Positions 1 to 11,860 of a DNA stretch of 64,000 bases are shown here, one piece after another (within the stretch, counting starts at the first letter, position 1; each line of letters starts with the position of its first letter). This stretch comes from Malacoraja senta. Lineage: Eukaryota. Under the pieces are notes generated by a model that was not told the DNA's origin, made no database searches, and was given only the letters and a program-made list of their open reading frames with translations. The DNA lies in the NCBI GenBank assembly GCA_038087875.1, contig JAXLNO010001541.1, positions 62,001 through 126,000 of the forward strand, read 5' to 3'. The position numbers and the translations under genes were made by a program.

Positions 1-329
1 TGCTTAAATGATCTGCTGGACTTTGCCTCAAGCTCCCTGCTCCTCCAGTCCTGACAGTCTGTATCTCAGCTTGTGAAAGCTGCAAATCCCTCTCCCTCGA
101 CTCTGTCTAAGCAGCTCACGCTGTGGGAACAAGTGTGGTTTTGGGCGAGGCTGTCGTGGTGACTTGGGATTTTAATGATGTGGTTAATCAGCTGAGTTTA
201 ATATTCTTTTGCTCCCTCACACTCTCTGACCATCTGTAAGTCCACCCAATATCCATTAGATATCAACTGGAGTTCAGAAAAATCCAAAGGAATCTGAGAG
301 AAACTATTAAATTCTTAACCGGATTGATG

Positions 330-1530
330 AAGGGGAGCTAGTGTGTCTAGACTTTCAGAAAGCCTTTGATAAGGTCCCGCACGGGAGACTGGTGACTAAA
401 ATTATAGCACATGGTATTGGGTAGGGTGTTGACGTGGATAGAAAATTGGTTGGCAGACAGGAAGCAAAGAGTAGGAGTGAACAGGTCCTTTTCAGAATGG
501 CAGGCAGTGGCGAGTGGAGTGCCGCAAGGCTCGGTGTTGGGGCCGCAACTGTTTACATTATTTGTTAATGATTTGGAAGAGGGAATTAGGAGCAATACTA
601 GCAAGTTTGCAGATGACACAAAGCTGGGTGGCAGTGTGAACTGTGAAGAGGATGCTAGGAGGTTGCAAGGTGTCCGGGACAGGTTGAGTGAGTGGGCAGA
701 TGCGTGGCAGATGCAGTATAATATAGATAAATGTGAGGTTATCCACTTTGGTGGCAAAAACAAGGGGGCAGATTATTATCTCAATGGGGTTAGGTTAGGT
801 TAGGTAAGGGGGAAGTACAGCGAGACCTGGGTGTCCTTGTACACCGGTCACTGAAAGTTAGCGTGCAGATACAGCAGGCAGTGAAGAAAGCTAATGGAAT
901 GTTGGCCTTCATAACAAGAGGATTTCAGTATAGGAGTAGAGAGGTTCTTCTGTAGTTGTATAGGGCTCTGGTAAGACCACATCTGGAGTACTGCGTACAG
1001 TTTTGGTCTCCTAATGTGTGGAAGGACATCCTTGTCATTGAAGCAGTGCATCATAGGTTCACGAGATTGATCCCTGGGATGGCGGGACTGTCATATGAGG
1101 AAAGATTGAAAAGACTAGGCTTGTATTCACTGGAGTTTAGAAGGATGAAGGGCAATCTTATGGAAACATATAAAATTATAAAAGGACTGGACAACCTAGA
1201 TGCAGGAAAAATGTTCCCAATGTTGGGCGAGTCCAGAACCAGGGGGTCAGTCTTAGAATACAGGGGAGGCCATTTAAGACTGAGGTGAGAACAAACTTTT
1301 TCATCCAGAGAGTTGTGAACTTGTGGAATTCCCTGCCACAGAGGGCAGTGGAGGTCAAATCACTGGATGGATTTAAGAGAGAGTTAGATAGAGCTCTAGG
1401 GGCTAGTGGAATCAAGGGCTATGGGGAGAAGGCAGGCACGGGTTATTGATTGGAGACGATCAGCCATGATCACAATGAATGGCGGTGCGGGCTCGAAGGG
1501 CTGAATGGCCTCCTCCTGCACCTATTTTCT
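330..1530 (+). mobile_element. CR1 3' fragment (RT C-terminal half + 3' UTR)
   Basis: DFQKAFDKV-like start, [27 protein letters not shown]; stops and frameshifts. Confidence 0.92.
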
Positions 1531-1939
1531 ATGTTTATATGAACAGGTGAGGCAGAGGCAGAATGTTTCAGATATTGGAGAATCCAGGCCAGGAGATGAC
1601 AGTCTGAGGTGAAGGTGTGTATGTGTGAGAGGGGGAGAAATGTCTTCACCCAGACAGTGGTGAACCTGGGCATTCTCTGCCACAGACAGCACTGAAGCCC
1701 AATTATTAGATATATGCAAGAATGAGTTGGATCTAGTTCTTAGGGTAAAGGGATCAAGGAATATGGCAAGAATGCAGGAAGTGAGTACTGAATATGGATG
1801 ATCACCCGTGCTCATATTGAATGTCTGTGCAGGATTGAAGGGCTGAATGGCCTGCTCCTGCAATTATTTTCTATGCTGGATGTGATAAATCTGTCCATTT
1901 GCTCAGATCAGACTCGCACCAACCTCTGTCCACACGTAC

Positions 1940-2248
1940 CTGTCGGCTTCTCCAAGGATCTGCTCTCCGGTGTTGGCAAACTCTTGTCCTCCACCACACA
2001 GGTGTACAGAGCCCCACTCCCCCACTCTGCAGCGGGGGCCGTCAGTCCGCTGGTGATGGTGTCTGCACCTCCGATCCTCTCTGCACCACGAGTTGTCACC
2101 CCGTCTTCTCTCTTCATTCCATTCACTTGCCAGGTTACCCTGAATCCCTCTAAATCACTGTGAACCACCTTACACAGAATGGTGGCTGTCTTGTTGATCC
2201 AGATCTCTTCGAAGGAAGGTTTGCTTAAAGTGACCAAGGGGCGGGTAT
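1940..2248 (-). CDS. Intact CH5' exon (IgNAR C4-like)
   Basis: 309 nt, acceptor ctgttcag|AT, donor ACAG|GTACGT; DTRPLVTLSKPSFEEIW...ILC...W...LYTCVVEDKSLPTP. Confidence 0.93.
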
Positions 2249-3124
2249 CTGAACAGTCATCTGGGAGAAATCACAATTATTATGTCATCGTTCCCTGATG
2301 GAGCAGCTTGCCACTGAAGTATTTTGTGCTCATCTCCACCGAATGATATGCCGGTCCCATCAACATCAGGGAGATTTATCTACATTGGTGCAGGAATGAA
2401 GCTTCCTATTGATCCCACAAGGAAACCTTGCTAAACAATGTGAATTAACAAGTTGACTTTTACATTATTTGACAGTTTTGTGATCATTGAACCTGTTACC
2501 AGCTATTTACTGAATCAAATGTATGAAATTCCCTCTGAGGAGAGGCAAATCAAGCTAATGTTTGAGGTCAAAATGTTCAGTTCAGTTTAGTTTATTGTCA
2601 CGTGTACCGAGGTACAGTGAAAAGCTTGTGTTGCGTACTAACCAGTCAGCGGAAAGTTCTTCACTTTATATTATAAATTAGAAGCAGCGGCTTTATGTTA
2701 TTTAGTCGCGAGTGGTCCGGAGTAGGATGAAGAAAGGTCTCAACCCGAAACCTCACCTCCCCATGTCGTCCAGGGATGTTGCCTGACCTGCTGAGTTACT
2801 CCAGCACTTTGTGTCCTTTCATTTAGTCACAACTGTTTAAATGCAGTTTGTATCCATGAGGTGTAACTAAACTCTCCTGCTGCTTTGTCAGAATGTTGTG
2901 TGTTGTAGCCGGCCTGTCCCAGAGGCTGCTACACATTGCCCAGACTGACTGTTGCCACGCTGGGGCAGGGAGAGAGCTGCTCTGCTGGACACTCTGTCAC
3001 AGCTGAGGCACCCACTGGCATTAAGTACAAAGGCAGAGGGAAAGACCGTTTTGAAGAAGAGTATCGTGGATCTCCACCGTGTCTGGCCTGTCGACTGGCT
3101 TGGATTGCCCTCAAGTTACTAAAG
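2010..3124. repeat. ~1.1-kb duplicate of 11861-12952 (most of CH5 plus upstream intron)
   Basis: Long near-identical alignment by eye, with one ~20-nt indel near 2730. Confidence 0.93.
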
Positions 3125-3879
3125 TAGTAATGGATAGAGCTGATGTAAAGAGGATGATTCCACTGGTGGGAGAGTCGAGGACCATAGCCTCAGAATTAAA
3201 GGAGGTTCCTCTAGGAAGATGAGGAGGAATTTGTTTAGACACAGGGTAGTGAATCTGAGGAATTCATTGCCACAGAAGGCTGTGGAGGCCCACTCAATGG
3301 GTATTTAAAAAGCAGAGATAGATCGATTCTTGATTAGTATTGCTGTCAAGGGGAAAGGGCAGGAGAATGGGGTTAGGAAGGAGAGATAGATCAGCCATGA
3401 TTGAATGGCAGAGTAGACTTGATGGGCTGAATGGCCTAATTCTGCTCCTATCACAGGAACATGAGATGATCAGTGATTTGGGCCAAACACGGGGAGACGG
3501 GACTAGTGTAGATCGGGCACCTTGGTTGGCAAAGGCAAGCTGAACCGAAGGGCCTGTTAACATCCTGTATAAATCTTAGACTCCATGATCACTCCAATGA
3601 CAACATGCTTGTACCCAGCTCCATCCACACAATGGACTTTCTGATGGACCACTTTTCCAGTGTCGACAAACAATTGTACAAGTGCAAATACTCGACCCCA
3701 CTCTTCAAATTAGCAGCAAGACAACTAGTCTGAGATGCCACACACAGAGGGCCGACAACAATAAGTGGACTGACCCCGTGACACTAATTTTGAAGAACAG
3801 CAGGCTTGGTCTTCTCAGTGTCCTGGCTACTGAGGAGTTTTGGAATAAACTGAAGTTGTGAAAGCACAGAAATATTTAG

Positions 3880-4392
3880 CATTGTGCCCTAGTCCTGATT
3901 GCATTGTGGCCTGGTTCAGCAACTTGAACGTCCAGGAGCGAAAAAGACTACAAAAAGTTGTGACAACTGCCCAGTTCATCGCCGGCTTTGACCTCCCCAC
4001 CGTCGAAGGGATCTATCATAGTCGCTGCCTCAAAAAGGCAGCCAAAATCATCAAGGACCCACACCATCCTGGCCACACACTCATCTCACCATTGCCATCA
4101 GGAAGTAGTTACAGGAGCCTGAAAACTGTAACGACCAGGTACAGGAACAGCTTCTTCCCTACAGCCATCAGGCTATTAAACACAACGAATAAGCTCTGAG
4201 CTCTGAACTGCAAAAGGCTATATTATTATTTGTTATTTGCACTATTTGTTATTTATTGATCTTTTTCTTTTTTTCTCTTCCCCCGTTATGCACTATGTTT
4301 ACATATTCACATATTCTGTTGTCCTGCAGCAAGTAAGAATTTCCTTGTCCCGTCTGGGACATATAACAATAAAACACTCTTGACTCTTCTTG
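3880..4392 (+). mobile_element. Rex1/Babar-like LINE 3' fragment
   Basis: CIVAWF...RKRLQKVV...PHHPGH...LPSG..YRS...RYRNSFFP, then a tail ending CAATAAA...(CTTGACT)n. Confidence 0.7.
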
Positions 4393-4528
4393 ACTCTAGT
4401 CTAGGCCTCTTGGTTATCACTCCCTCACTCACACACTACAACACCTGTCCTTCAGTGCTAAACTTGCCTGGCCCTATTTTGTGACGGGGTAAAAGATGTG
4501 ATGATTAGAGTGAATCCCAGCACCGTAC

Positions 4529-4846
4529 CTTGAAAGCTTTTCACTTCCCGACTGATACTGGTGTTCGAGGGGGGATGAGACACTGTACAGCCGAAGACTG
4601 AGCCTTTCTTCCAATCCTCTGAACTCACAGTCAGGAAGTGGCTGGCACTGAAAGTCCCCCCCTGCTCCAGAGCAGTCGGTGTAGCGCTGGTGGTGGAGGA
4701 GATCGGGGCTCCATCTTTCTCCCAAGTGACGTTTATGAGGTCCGGGTAGAAACCAGAGAGCACACACTCGAGGGTGGCTGTGTGGCTACGCTTGGTCTCT
4801 TGGTGAGCTGGAGGCAGCAGTCTGACCTTCGGACTTTTTGTTTCAA
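4529..4846 (-). CDS. Duplicated CH4' exon, copy c
   Basis: 318 nt, acceptor ctctgttctag|TT, donor CAAG|GTACGG, open frame. Confidence 0.92.
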
Positions 4847-4888
4847 CTAGAACAGAGGAGCAAAGTAGATGTGAGACCCTCTTCCTCA

Positions 4889-5198
4889 AGGGCCTGTCCC
4901 ACATACGCAACTTTTTCGGCGACTGCCGGCACCCATCATATGTCGTTACAGGTTGGCGAAAATGTTCAACATGTTGAAAATCTAGCGGCGACCAGAACAA
5001 GGTACGACTCTTTGGGCAACTACTCACGACCATGCAGGCTTTACCCCGCGACATGTCGCCAAGGTGTCGCCTGTATGGTCGTGAGTCTCCTCAGTCACAT
5101 AAAGAATCGTAGCGTCTCTCTGGTCGCCGCTGAATTTTCAACGACCTATGACGGGTGCCGGCAGTCACCAAAAAAGTCGCGTAAGTGGGACAGGCCCT
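4889..5198. mobile_element. PIF/Harbinger-like MITE in the CH3'-CH4' intron (copy c)
   Basis: TIRs AGGGCCTGTCCCAC...GTGGGACAGGCCCT, flanked by 3-bp TSD TCA/TCA; 310 bp. Confidence 0.85.
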
Positions 5199-5244
5199 TC
5201 ATGGTAACTAATGTTGGCCGTATCATTGCCGATCTCTCGCCCAC

Positions 5245-5547
5245 CTTTGGCACTTTCTGTCCGTGCTGACACTGGTGAGGATGATGGAGATCGTTGGGCA
5301 GAGCACACAACCTCCACCCCGCTGGTCCATTCCTCCACACTGCTCCGGAGTTTACTGCTCACTCTGTCTTGGGTCTTTTCTCCTCTCGGTTGGAGGGTCA
5401 CAGCCCCTGTTGTTCTCTCCCTTCCGCTCACTTGCCAGTAGATTTGGACCTGGCTCAGATCAGCACCCATTACCACGCACACCACAGTAGCGGTCTTGTT
5501 GATCCAAATCTCTTCAGTGGAGGGGTTTTGGATAAAGACAGACAATT
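5245..5547 (-). CDS. Duplicated CH3' exon, copy c
   Basis: 303 nt, intact AG/GT, open frame. Confidence 0.92.
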
Positions 5548-5659
5548 CTGCAGATGAGAAATAGGAAGCTTACAAACCAGACAAGGTCTGGTGTTGTCGT
5601 CACCGATCAACTGCACTCTGACAACTTGCATTCATTTTCCAGACTCACTTTATTGACGT

Positions 5660-6425
5660 GTGCACTAGGAACAACCTCTCTCTCAATGTCTGCAAAACTA
5701 AAGAGATGCTCGTGGACTACAGGAGACAGCAGGGGAGTGGACACCTCCCCATCCATATCGGTGATGCTGAGGTTGAAAGGGTCAGCAGCTTCAAGTTCCT
5801 CAGTGTACACATCACTGAGGACCTCTCCTGGACACTGCACACGGACACAATAACAAAGAAAGCCCGCCAGTGGCTCTTTTTCCTGAGAAGACTGAGAAAG
5901 ATTGACATGAACGCCAGCATCCTCACAAACTTCTACAGATGCACCATCGAGAGCCTGCTGACGGGCTGCATCACAGTCTGGTACGGGAACTGTTCTGCCC
6001 ACAGCCGCAAATCACTACAGAGTGGTGAAGGCGGCACAGACACATCACTGGCAACTGTCTCCTGGCCATTCAGGACATTTTCCACTGGCTGTGCCTGTGG
6101 AAGGCACACAGCATCATCATAGACCACAGCCACCCAGCACACAGACTGTTCTCCTTGTTACCGACAGGCAGACGATACAGGAGCATGGCTGCAAGTACCA
6201 CCAGACTTAAGAACAGTTTTTATCATCAGGCCATCAGGCTAAATACTATATTATTATTTGTTATTTGTACTATTTGTTATTTATTGAACTTTTTCTTTTT
6301 TTCTCTTCCCCCGTTATGCACTATGTTTACATATTCACATATTCTGTTGTCCTGCAGCAAGTAAGAATTTCCTCGTCCCGTCCGGGACATATGACAATAA
6401 AACACTCTTGACTCTTCTTGACTCT
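5660..6425 (+). mobile_element. Rex1/Babar-like LINE 3' fragment inside the tandem unit (second copy ~7712-8480)
   Basis: NNLSLNVCKTKE...SFKFL...DLSWT.H...KKARQ.LFFLRRL; 3' tail shared with 4218-4392. Confidence 0.75.
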
Positions 6426-6551
6426 AGGCCTCTTGGTTATCACTCCCTCACTCACACACTACAACACCTGTCCTTCAGTGCTAAACTTGCCTGGCCCTAT
6501 TTTGTGATGGGGTAAAAGATGTGATGATTAGAGTGAATCCCAGCACCGTAC

Positions 6552-6869
6552 CTTGAAAGCTTTTCACTTCCCGACTGATAATGGTGTTCGAGGGAGGATG
6601 AGACACTGTACAGCCGAAGACTGAGCCTTTCTTCCAATCCTCTGAACTCACAGTCAGGAAGTGGCTGGCACTGAAAGTCCCCCCCTGCTCCAGAGCAGTC
6701 GGTGTAGCGCTGGTGGTGGAGGAGATCGGGGCTCCATCTTTCTCCCAAGTGACGTTTATGAGGTCCGGGTAGAAACCAGAGAGCACACACTCGAGGGTGG
6801 CTGTGTGGCTACGCTTGGTCTCTTGGTGAGCTGGAGGCAGCAGTCTGATCTTGGGTCTTTTTGTTTCAA
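6552..6869 (-). CDS. Duplicated CH4' exon, copy b
   Basis: 318 nt, intact AG/GT, open frame. Confidence 0.92.
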
Positions 6870-6911
6870 CTGGAACAGAGGAACAAAGTAGACGTGAGTC
6901 CCTCTTTCTCA

Positions 6912-7249
6912 AGGGCCTCTCCCACTTACACAACTTTTTCGTTGACTGCAGGCACTCGTCATAGGTCGTTACAGATTGGCGAAAAATTTCAACATGTTGA
7001 AAAATCAGCGGCGACCGGCACAAGGTACGACTCTTTGGGCGACTACTCACGACCATACAGGCTTCACCCCGCGACATGTCGCCAATGTGTCGCCTGTATG
7101 GTCGTGAGTCTCCTCAGTCGCATAAAGAGTCGTAGCGTCTTTCTGGTCGCCGCTGAATTTTCAACATGTTGAAAATTTTTGCCGACCTACAGTGACCTAT
7201 GACGGGTGCCGGCAGTCACCGAAAAAGTCGCGTAAGTGGGACAGGCCCT
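6912..7249. mobile_element. Same Harbinger-like MITE, copy b (338 bp)
   Basis: Same TIRs and TCA TSD. Confidence 0.85.
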
Positions 7250-7295
7250 TCATGGTAACTAATGTTGGCCGTATCATTGCCGATCTCTCGCCCAC

Positions 7296-7598
7296 CTTTG
7301 GCACTTTCTGTCCGTGCTGACACTGGTGAGGATGATGGAGATCGTTGGGCAGAGCACACAACCTCCATCCCACTGGTCCATTCCTCCACACTGCTCCGGA
7401 GTTTACTGCTCACTCTCTCTTGGGTCCTTTCCCCTCTCGGTTGGTGGGTCACAGCCCCTGTTGTTCTCTCCCTTCCGCTCACTTGCCAGTAGATTTGGAC
7501 CTGGCTCAGATCAGCACCCATTACCACGCACACCACAGTAGCGGTCTTGTTGATCCAAATCTCTTCAGTGGAGGGGTTTTGGATAAAGACAGACAATT
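7296..7598 (-). CDS. Duplicated CH3' exon, copy b
   Basis: 303 nt, same splice sites as copy a, open frame, few substitutions. Confidence 0.92.
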
Positions 7599-8607
7599 CT
7601 GCAGATGAGAAATAGGAAGCTTACAAACCAGACAAGGTCTGGTGTTGTCGTCACCGATCAACTGCACTCTGACAACTTGCATTCATTTTCCAGACTCACT
7701 TTATTGACGTGTGCACAAGGAACAACCTCTCTCTCAATGTCTGCAAAACTAAAGAGATGATCGTGGACTACAGGAGACAGCAGGGGAGTGGACACCTCCC
7801 CATCCATATCGGTGATGCTGAGGTTGAAAGGGTCAGCAGCTTCAAGTTCCTCCTTGTGCACATCACTGAGGACCTCTCCTGGACACTGCACACGGACACA
7901 ATAACAAAGAAAGCCCGCCAGTGGCTCTTTTTCCTGAGAAGACTGAGGAAGATTGACATGAACGCCAGCATCCTCACAAACTTCTACAGATGCACCATCG
8001 AGAGCCTGCTGACGGGCTGCATCACAGTCTGGTACGGGAACTGTTCTGCCCACAGCCGCAAATCACTACAGAGTGGTGAAGGCGGCACAGACACATCACT
8101 GGCAACTGTCTCCTGGCCATTCAAAACATTTTCCACCGGCGTTGCCTGCGGAAGGCACACAGCATCATCATGGACCACAGCCACCCAGCACACAGACTGT
8201 TCTCCTTGTTACCGACAGGCAGACGATACAGGAGCATGGCTGCAAGTACCACCAGACTGAAGAACAGTTTTAATCATCAGGCCATCAGGCTAAATACTAT
8301 ATTATTATTTGTTATTTGCACTATTTGTTATTTATTGAACTTTTTCTTTTTTGCTCTTCCCCCGTTATGCACTATGTTTACATATTCACATATTCTGTTG
8401 TCCTGCAGCAAGTAAGAATTTCCTTGTCCCGTCTGGGACATATGACAATAAAACACTCTTGACTCTTCTTGACACTAGTCTAGGCCTCTTGGTTATCACT
8501 CCCTCACTCACACACTACAACACCTGTCCTTCAGTGCAAAACTTGCCTGGCCCTATTTTGTGACGGGGTAAAAGATGTGATGATTAGAGTGAATCCCAGC
8601 ACCGTAC

Positions 8608-8925
8608 CTTGAAAGCTTTTCACTTCCCGACTGATAATGGTGTTCGAGGGAGGATGAGACACTGTACAGCCGAAGACTGAGCCTTTCTTCCAATCCTCTG
8701 AACTCACAGTCAGGAAGTGGCTGGCACTGAAAGTCCCCCCCTGCTCCAGAGCAGTTGGTGTAGCGCTGGTAGTGGAGGAGATCGGGGCTCCATCTTTCTC
8801 CCAAGTGACGTTTATGAGGTCCGGGTAGAAACCAGCGAGCACACACTCGAGGGTGGCTGTGTGGCTACGCTTGGTCTCTTGGTGAGCTGGAGGCAGCAGT
8901 CTGATCTTGGGTCTTTTTGTTTCAA
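8608..8925 (-). CDS. Duplicated CH4' exon, copy a
   Basis: 318 nt, acceptor ctctgttccag|TT, donor CAAG|GTACGG; VETKRPKIRLLPP...LEC...FGC. Confidence 0.92.
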
Positions 8926-8966
8926 CTGGAACAGAGGAAAAAGTAGACGTGAGTCCCTCTTTCTCA

Positions 8967-9304
8967 AGGGCCTCTCCCACTTACACGACTTTTTCGTTGA
9001 CTGCAGGCACTCGTCATAGGTCGTTACAGATTGCCGAAAAATTTCAACATGTTGAAAAATCAGCGGCGACCGGCACAAGGTACGACTCTTTGGGCGACTA
9101 CTCACGACCATACAGGCTTCACCCCACGACATGTCACCAAGGTGTCGCCTGTATGGTCGTGAGTCTCCTAAGTCGCATAAAGAGTCGTAGCGTCTTTCTG
9201 GTCGCCGCTGAATTTTCAACATGTTGAAAATTTTTCCCGACCTACAGTGACCTATGACGGGTGCCGGCAGTCACCGAAAAAGTCGCGTAAGTGGGACAGG
9301 CCCT
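8967..9304. mobile_element. Same Harbinger-like MITE, copy a (338 bp)
   Basis: Same TIRs and TCA TSD. A truncated relative lies at ~14311-14447 and a related terminus at ~32600-32671, both next to TAA. Confidence 0.85.
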
Positions 9305-9350
9305 TCATGGTAACTAATGTTGGCCGTATCATTGCCGATCTCTCGCCCAC

Positions 9351-9653
9351 CTTTGGCACTTTCTGTCCGTGCTGACACTGGTGAGGATGATGGAGATCGT
9401 TGGGCAGAGCACACAACCTCCACCCCACTGGTCCATTCCTCCACACTGCTCCGGAGTTTACTGCTCACTCTGTCTTGGGTCCTTTCCCCTCTCGGGTGGT
9501 GGGTCACAGCCCCTGTTGTTCTCTCCCTTCCGCTCACTTGCCAGTAGATTTGGACCTGGCTCAGATCAGCACCCATTACCATGCACACCACAGTAGCGGT
9601 CTTGTTGATCCAAATCTCTTCAGTGGAGGGGTTTTGGATAAAGACAGACAATT
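9351..9653 (-). CDS. Duplicated CH3' exon, copy a
   Basis: 303 nt, acceptor tcatctgcag|AA, donor AAAG|GTGGG; ELSVFIQNPSTEEIWINKTATVVC...VEVVC. Confidence 0.92.
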
Positions 9654-10223
9654 CTGCAGATGAGAAATAGGAAGCTTACAAACCGGACAAGGTCTGGTGT
9701 TGTCGTCGCCGATCAACTGGACTCTGACAACTTGCATTCATTTTCCAGACTCACTTTATGGACGTGTGCACAAAGAGAGCAGCACAGTCCCAGTTACCTG
9801 CTGCTCTGAAATTCCACTCAGCATTTATACAGAGTTTGACCCTTGAAATTATGCGCACTCTCTAATTTCTAATAATCGAACACAATACCTTCTCCACAAC
9901 ACTTATACAAATACAATAACACTAATACCCTGTCTCACGGTGCGAGTCCACCCACGAGTGATCCCGAGTGAAAGAAAAAATCTAACTCGTGGTTGTCTAC
10001 GAGATTCCAAGTTTATGTTCACGAGTTTAAACGAGTTCCCACGTGTATGTCCAAGTTTGCCGTTTACTTCTCATTTCTGCGATGTACCAAGTTCCTCTCC
10101 CGAGTTACCAAGCTCCTCTCCCGAGTTACTCTTGAGCCAACAACGACTACCGACGTGTGGAAAAATCATCACATGGTAAAAATGATGTCATGCAGTTTTA
10201 TTTTCACTATAAATAGACACAGC

Positions 10224-10680
10224 CTGAAGAACGATCTCGACCGGAAACATCACCTATTTCTTTTCTCCAGAGATGCTGCCTGACCAGCTGAGTTAGTCCA
10301 TCATTTTGTGTCTATTTTTGGTTTAAACTAGTATCTGCAATTCCTTCCCACAAACTTTTAGAGCAGTTTGTTTCAAGAAACAATCCTTCCAAAATTGCAT
10401 TCAAAAGTCCATTTGAACAGCATTTGTTCAAGGTCTGGCATCAATCATTGAAAGGCATAGGCTGTGTTGTGTCGGGAGGAACTGCAAATGCTGGTTTACA
10501 CCGAAGATAGACACAAAATGCTGGAGTAACTCAGCGGGACATGCAGCATTTCTGGAGAGAAGGAATGGGTGACGTTTCTGGTCGAGTCCCTTCTTCAGAC
10601 TGAAAAAACGTTTCGACCCTCCTCTCCAGAGATGCTGCCGTCCGGCTTGGCTGAGTTGCTCCAGCTTTTTGTGTCTAGTA
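10224..10680. mobile_element. Abundant short interspersed repeat (GAGTAACTCAGCGGG..CAGCATCTCTGGAG...CCCTTCTTCAGACTG); further copies near 11.5-11.7, 22.9, 25.0, 41.9, 47.7-47.96, 48.5, 57.2 and 58.6 kb
   Basis: The same motif recurs at 10 or more sites in both orientations. Confidence 0.75.
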
Positions 10681-11860
10681 AGATTGTTTTATTCCCTTAA
10701 TTTATCTCTCATCAAAACATTGGTAAACATCTAACAAAAAGATTAGGTAAATTGAACATTAAGGTTATTTTTTCCCCCGATAGCAAGGTCCGTAGACCAG
10801 AGGGATAGCAGTGTGTGTGTCTCTACTCACCCAGTATGTCCGTCAGAGCAGCCGTCCCACCGTTGCGACTTAAACTGTATAAAAAGCAGCGGCTCAAAAC
10901 ATTGCTGATTGGGCAGATCTGCCCAGAAACCATCCCTTTCACACTCACCCCAGCCCTGGGAATCAGTTTTCAGAGCCCAACAGTCAACCCAGCCTCCCCG
11001 CGAACCTTTGAATGAAAGACAAAGCTCAGATGTTCTCTTCAGCAGTGGTGTCCCAGAGTTTCCCAGCGCCTGGCCCAAGTTTCAATTTAAACTCAGGTAA
11101 ACAGAGTTTTTATTAAAAACCCGAATACAATTGGCCCTTAATTGTAAATATGAGAATGTTTTCCTATATTGTACGATAGACTATCTATCATCCGGTGTAG
11201 ATACCATAATTTATTGGAAAAATATGAATACACGAACACAGGAGTTAGTTAAAAATTGGAGTCATATCCCATCTACACCTCACACTCTCTCACTGTGTTT
11301 CTAAGAAATGTCATTAAGGACTTATGTTATGTGTTTTTGCTGGACTGAAACCAACCCATTTACAATGTAAAGTTGTGGGTAACTTTTTAGGAGAATAATT
11401 GTGAAGTAAAAAACCTGAAATTAATTTATCTTTCATAACACACAAAAATAACTCTGGTCTTAATTACCAACGCAGCTTGTGAACTTATTTGCGGGTGCAG
11501 CAGCATCTATGGAGCGAAGGAAATAGGCAACATTTCGGGCCGAAACCCTTCTTCAGACTGAAGAAGGGTTTCAGCCCGAAACGTTGCCTATTTCCTTCGC
11601 TCCATAGATGCTGCCGCACCCGCTGAGTTTCTCCAACACATTTGTCTACCTTCGATTTTCAAGCATCTGCAGTTCCTTCTTGAACTTGTGAACTTATTTT
11701 GTGAACTTCCCCACTGAACGCCTCCTATCTTTGGCAAGTATATTGCACGGGTTAGTACAAATACACTTAAAACTCTGAATAGCAACACGCCACGAAGGAG
11801 CTTCCAACGATTCATTTATCAAGAAGCTTGAGTAACTCAGTGGGACAGACGCCATCTCTG

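Larger units (their letters stand above)
4218..9770. repeat. Tandem segmental triplication, ~2.05-kb unit (Rex1-like LINE piece + CH4' + MITE + CH3')
   Basis: Exon offsets 2023/2056 (CH4') and 2051/2055 (CH3'); near-identical introns. The unit at 8.3-9.8 kb lacks the LINE body on its high-coordinate side. Confidence 0.95.

Noticed and set aside
1-1939. CH6, long secretory tail and transmembrane exons
   Set aside because: No C1-set or Ig TM motif seen here or elsewhere in the window; presumably beyond the window start.
4458-5054. Extended ORFs (198 aa, also 6481-7077 and 8531-8980) as single-exon genes
   Set aside because: They are CH4' exons plus in-frame MITE and intron sequence; the splice sites define the true exons.
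4218-9770. Triplication as a pure assembly artefact
   Set aside because: The units carry private substitutions and a 28-bp indel, and the terminal unit has a different flank; long-read confirmation is still needed.
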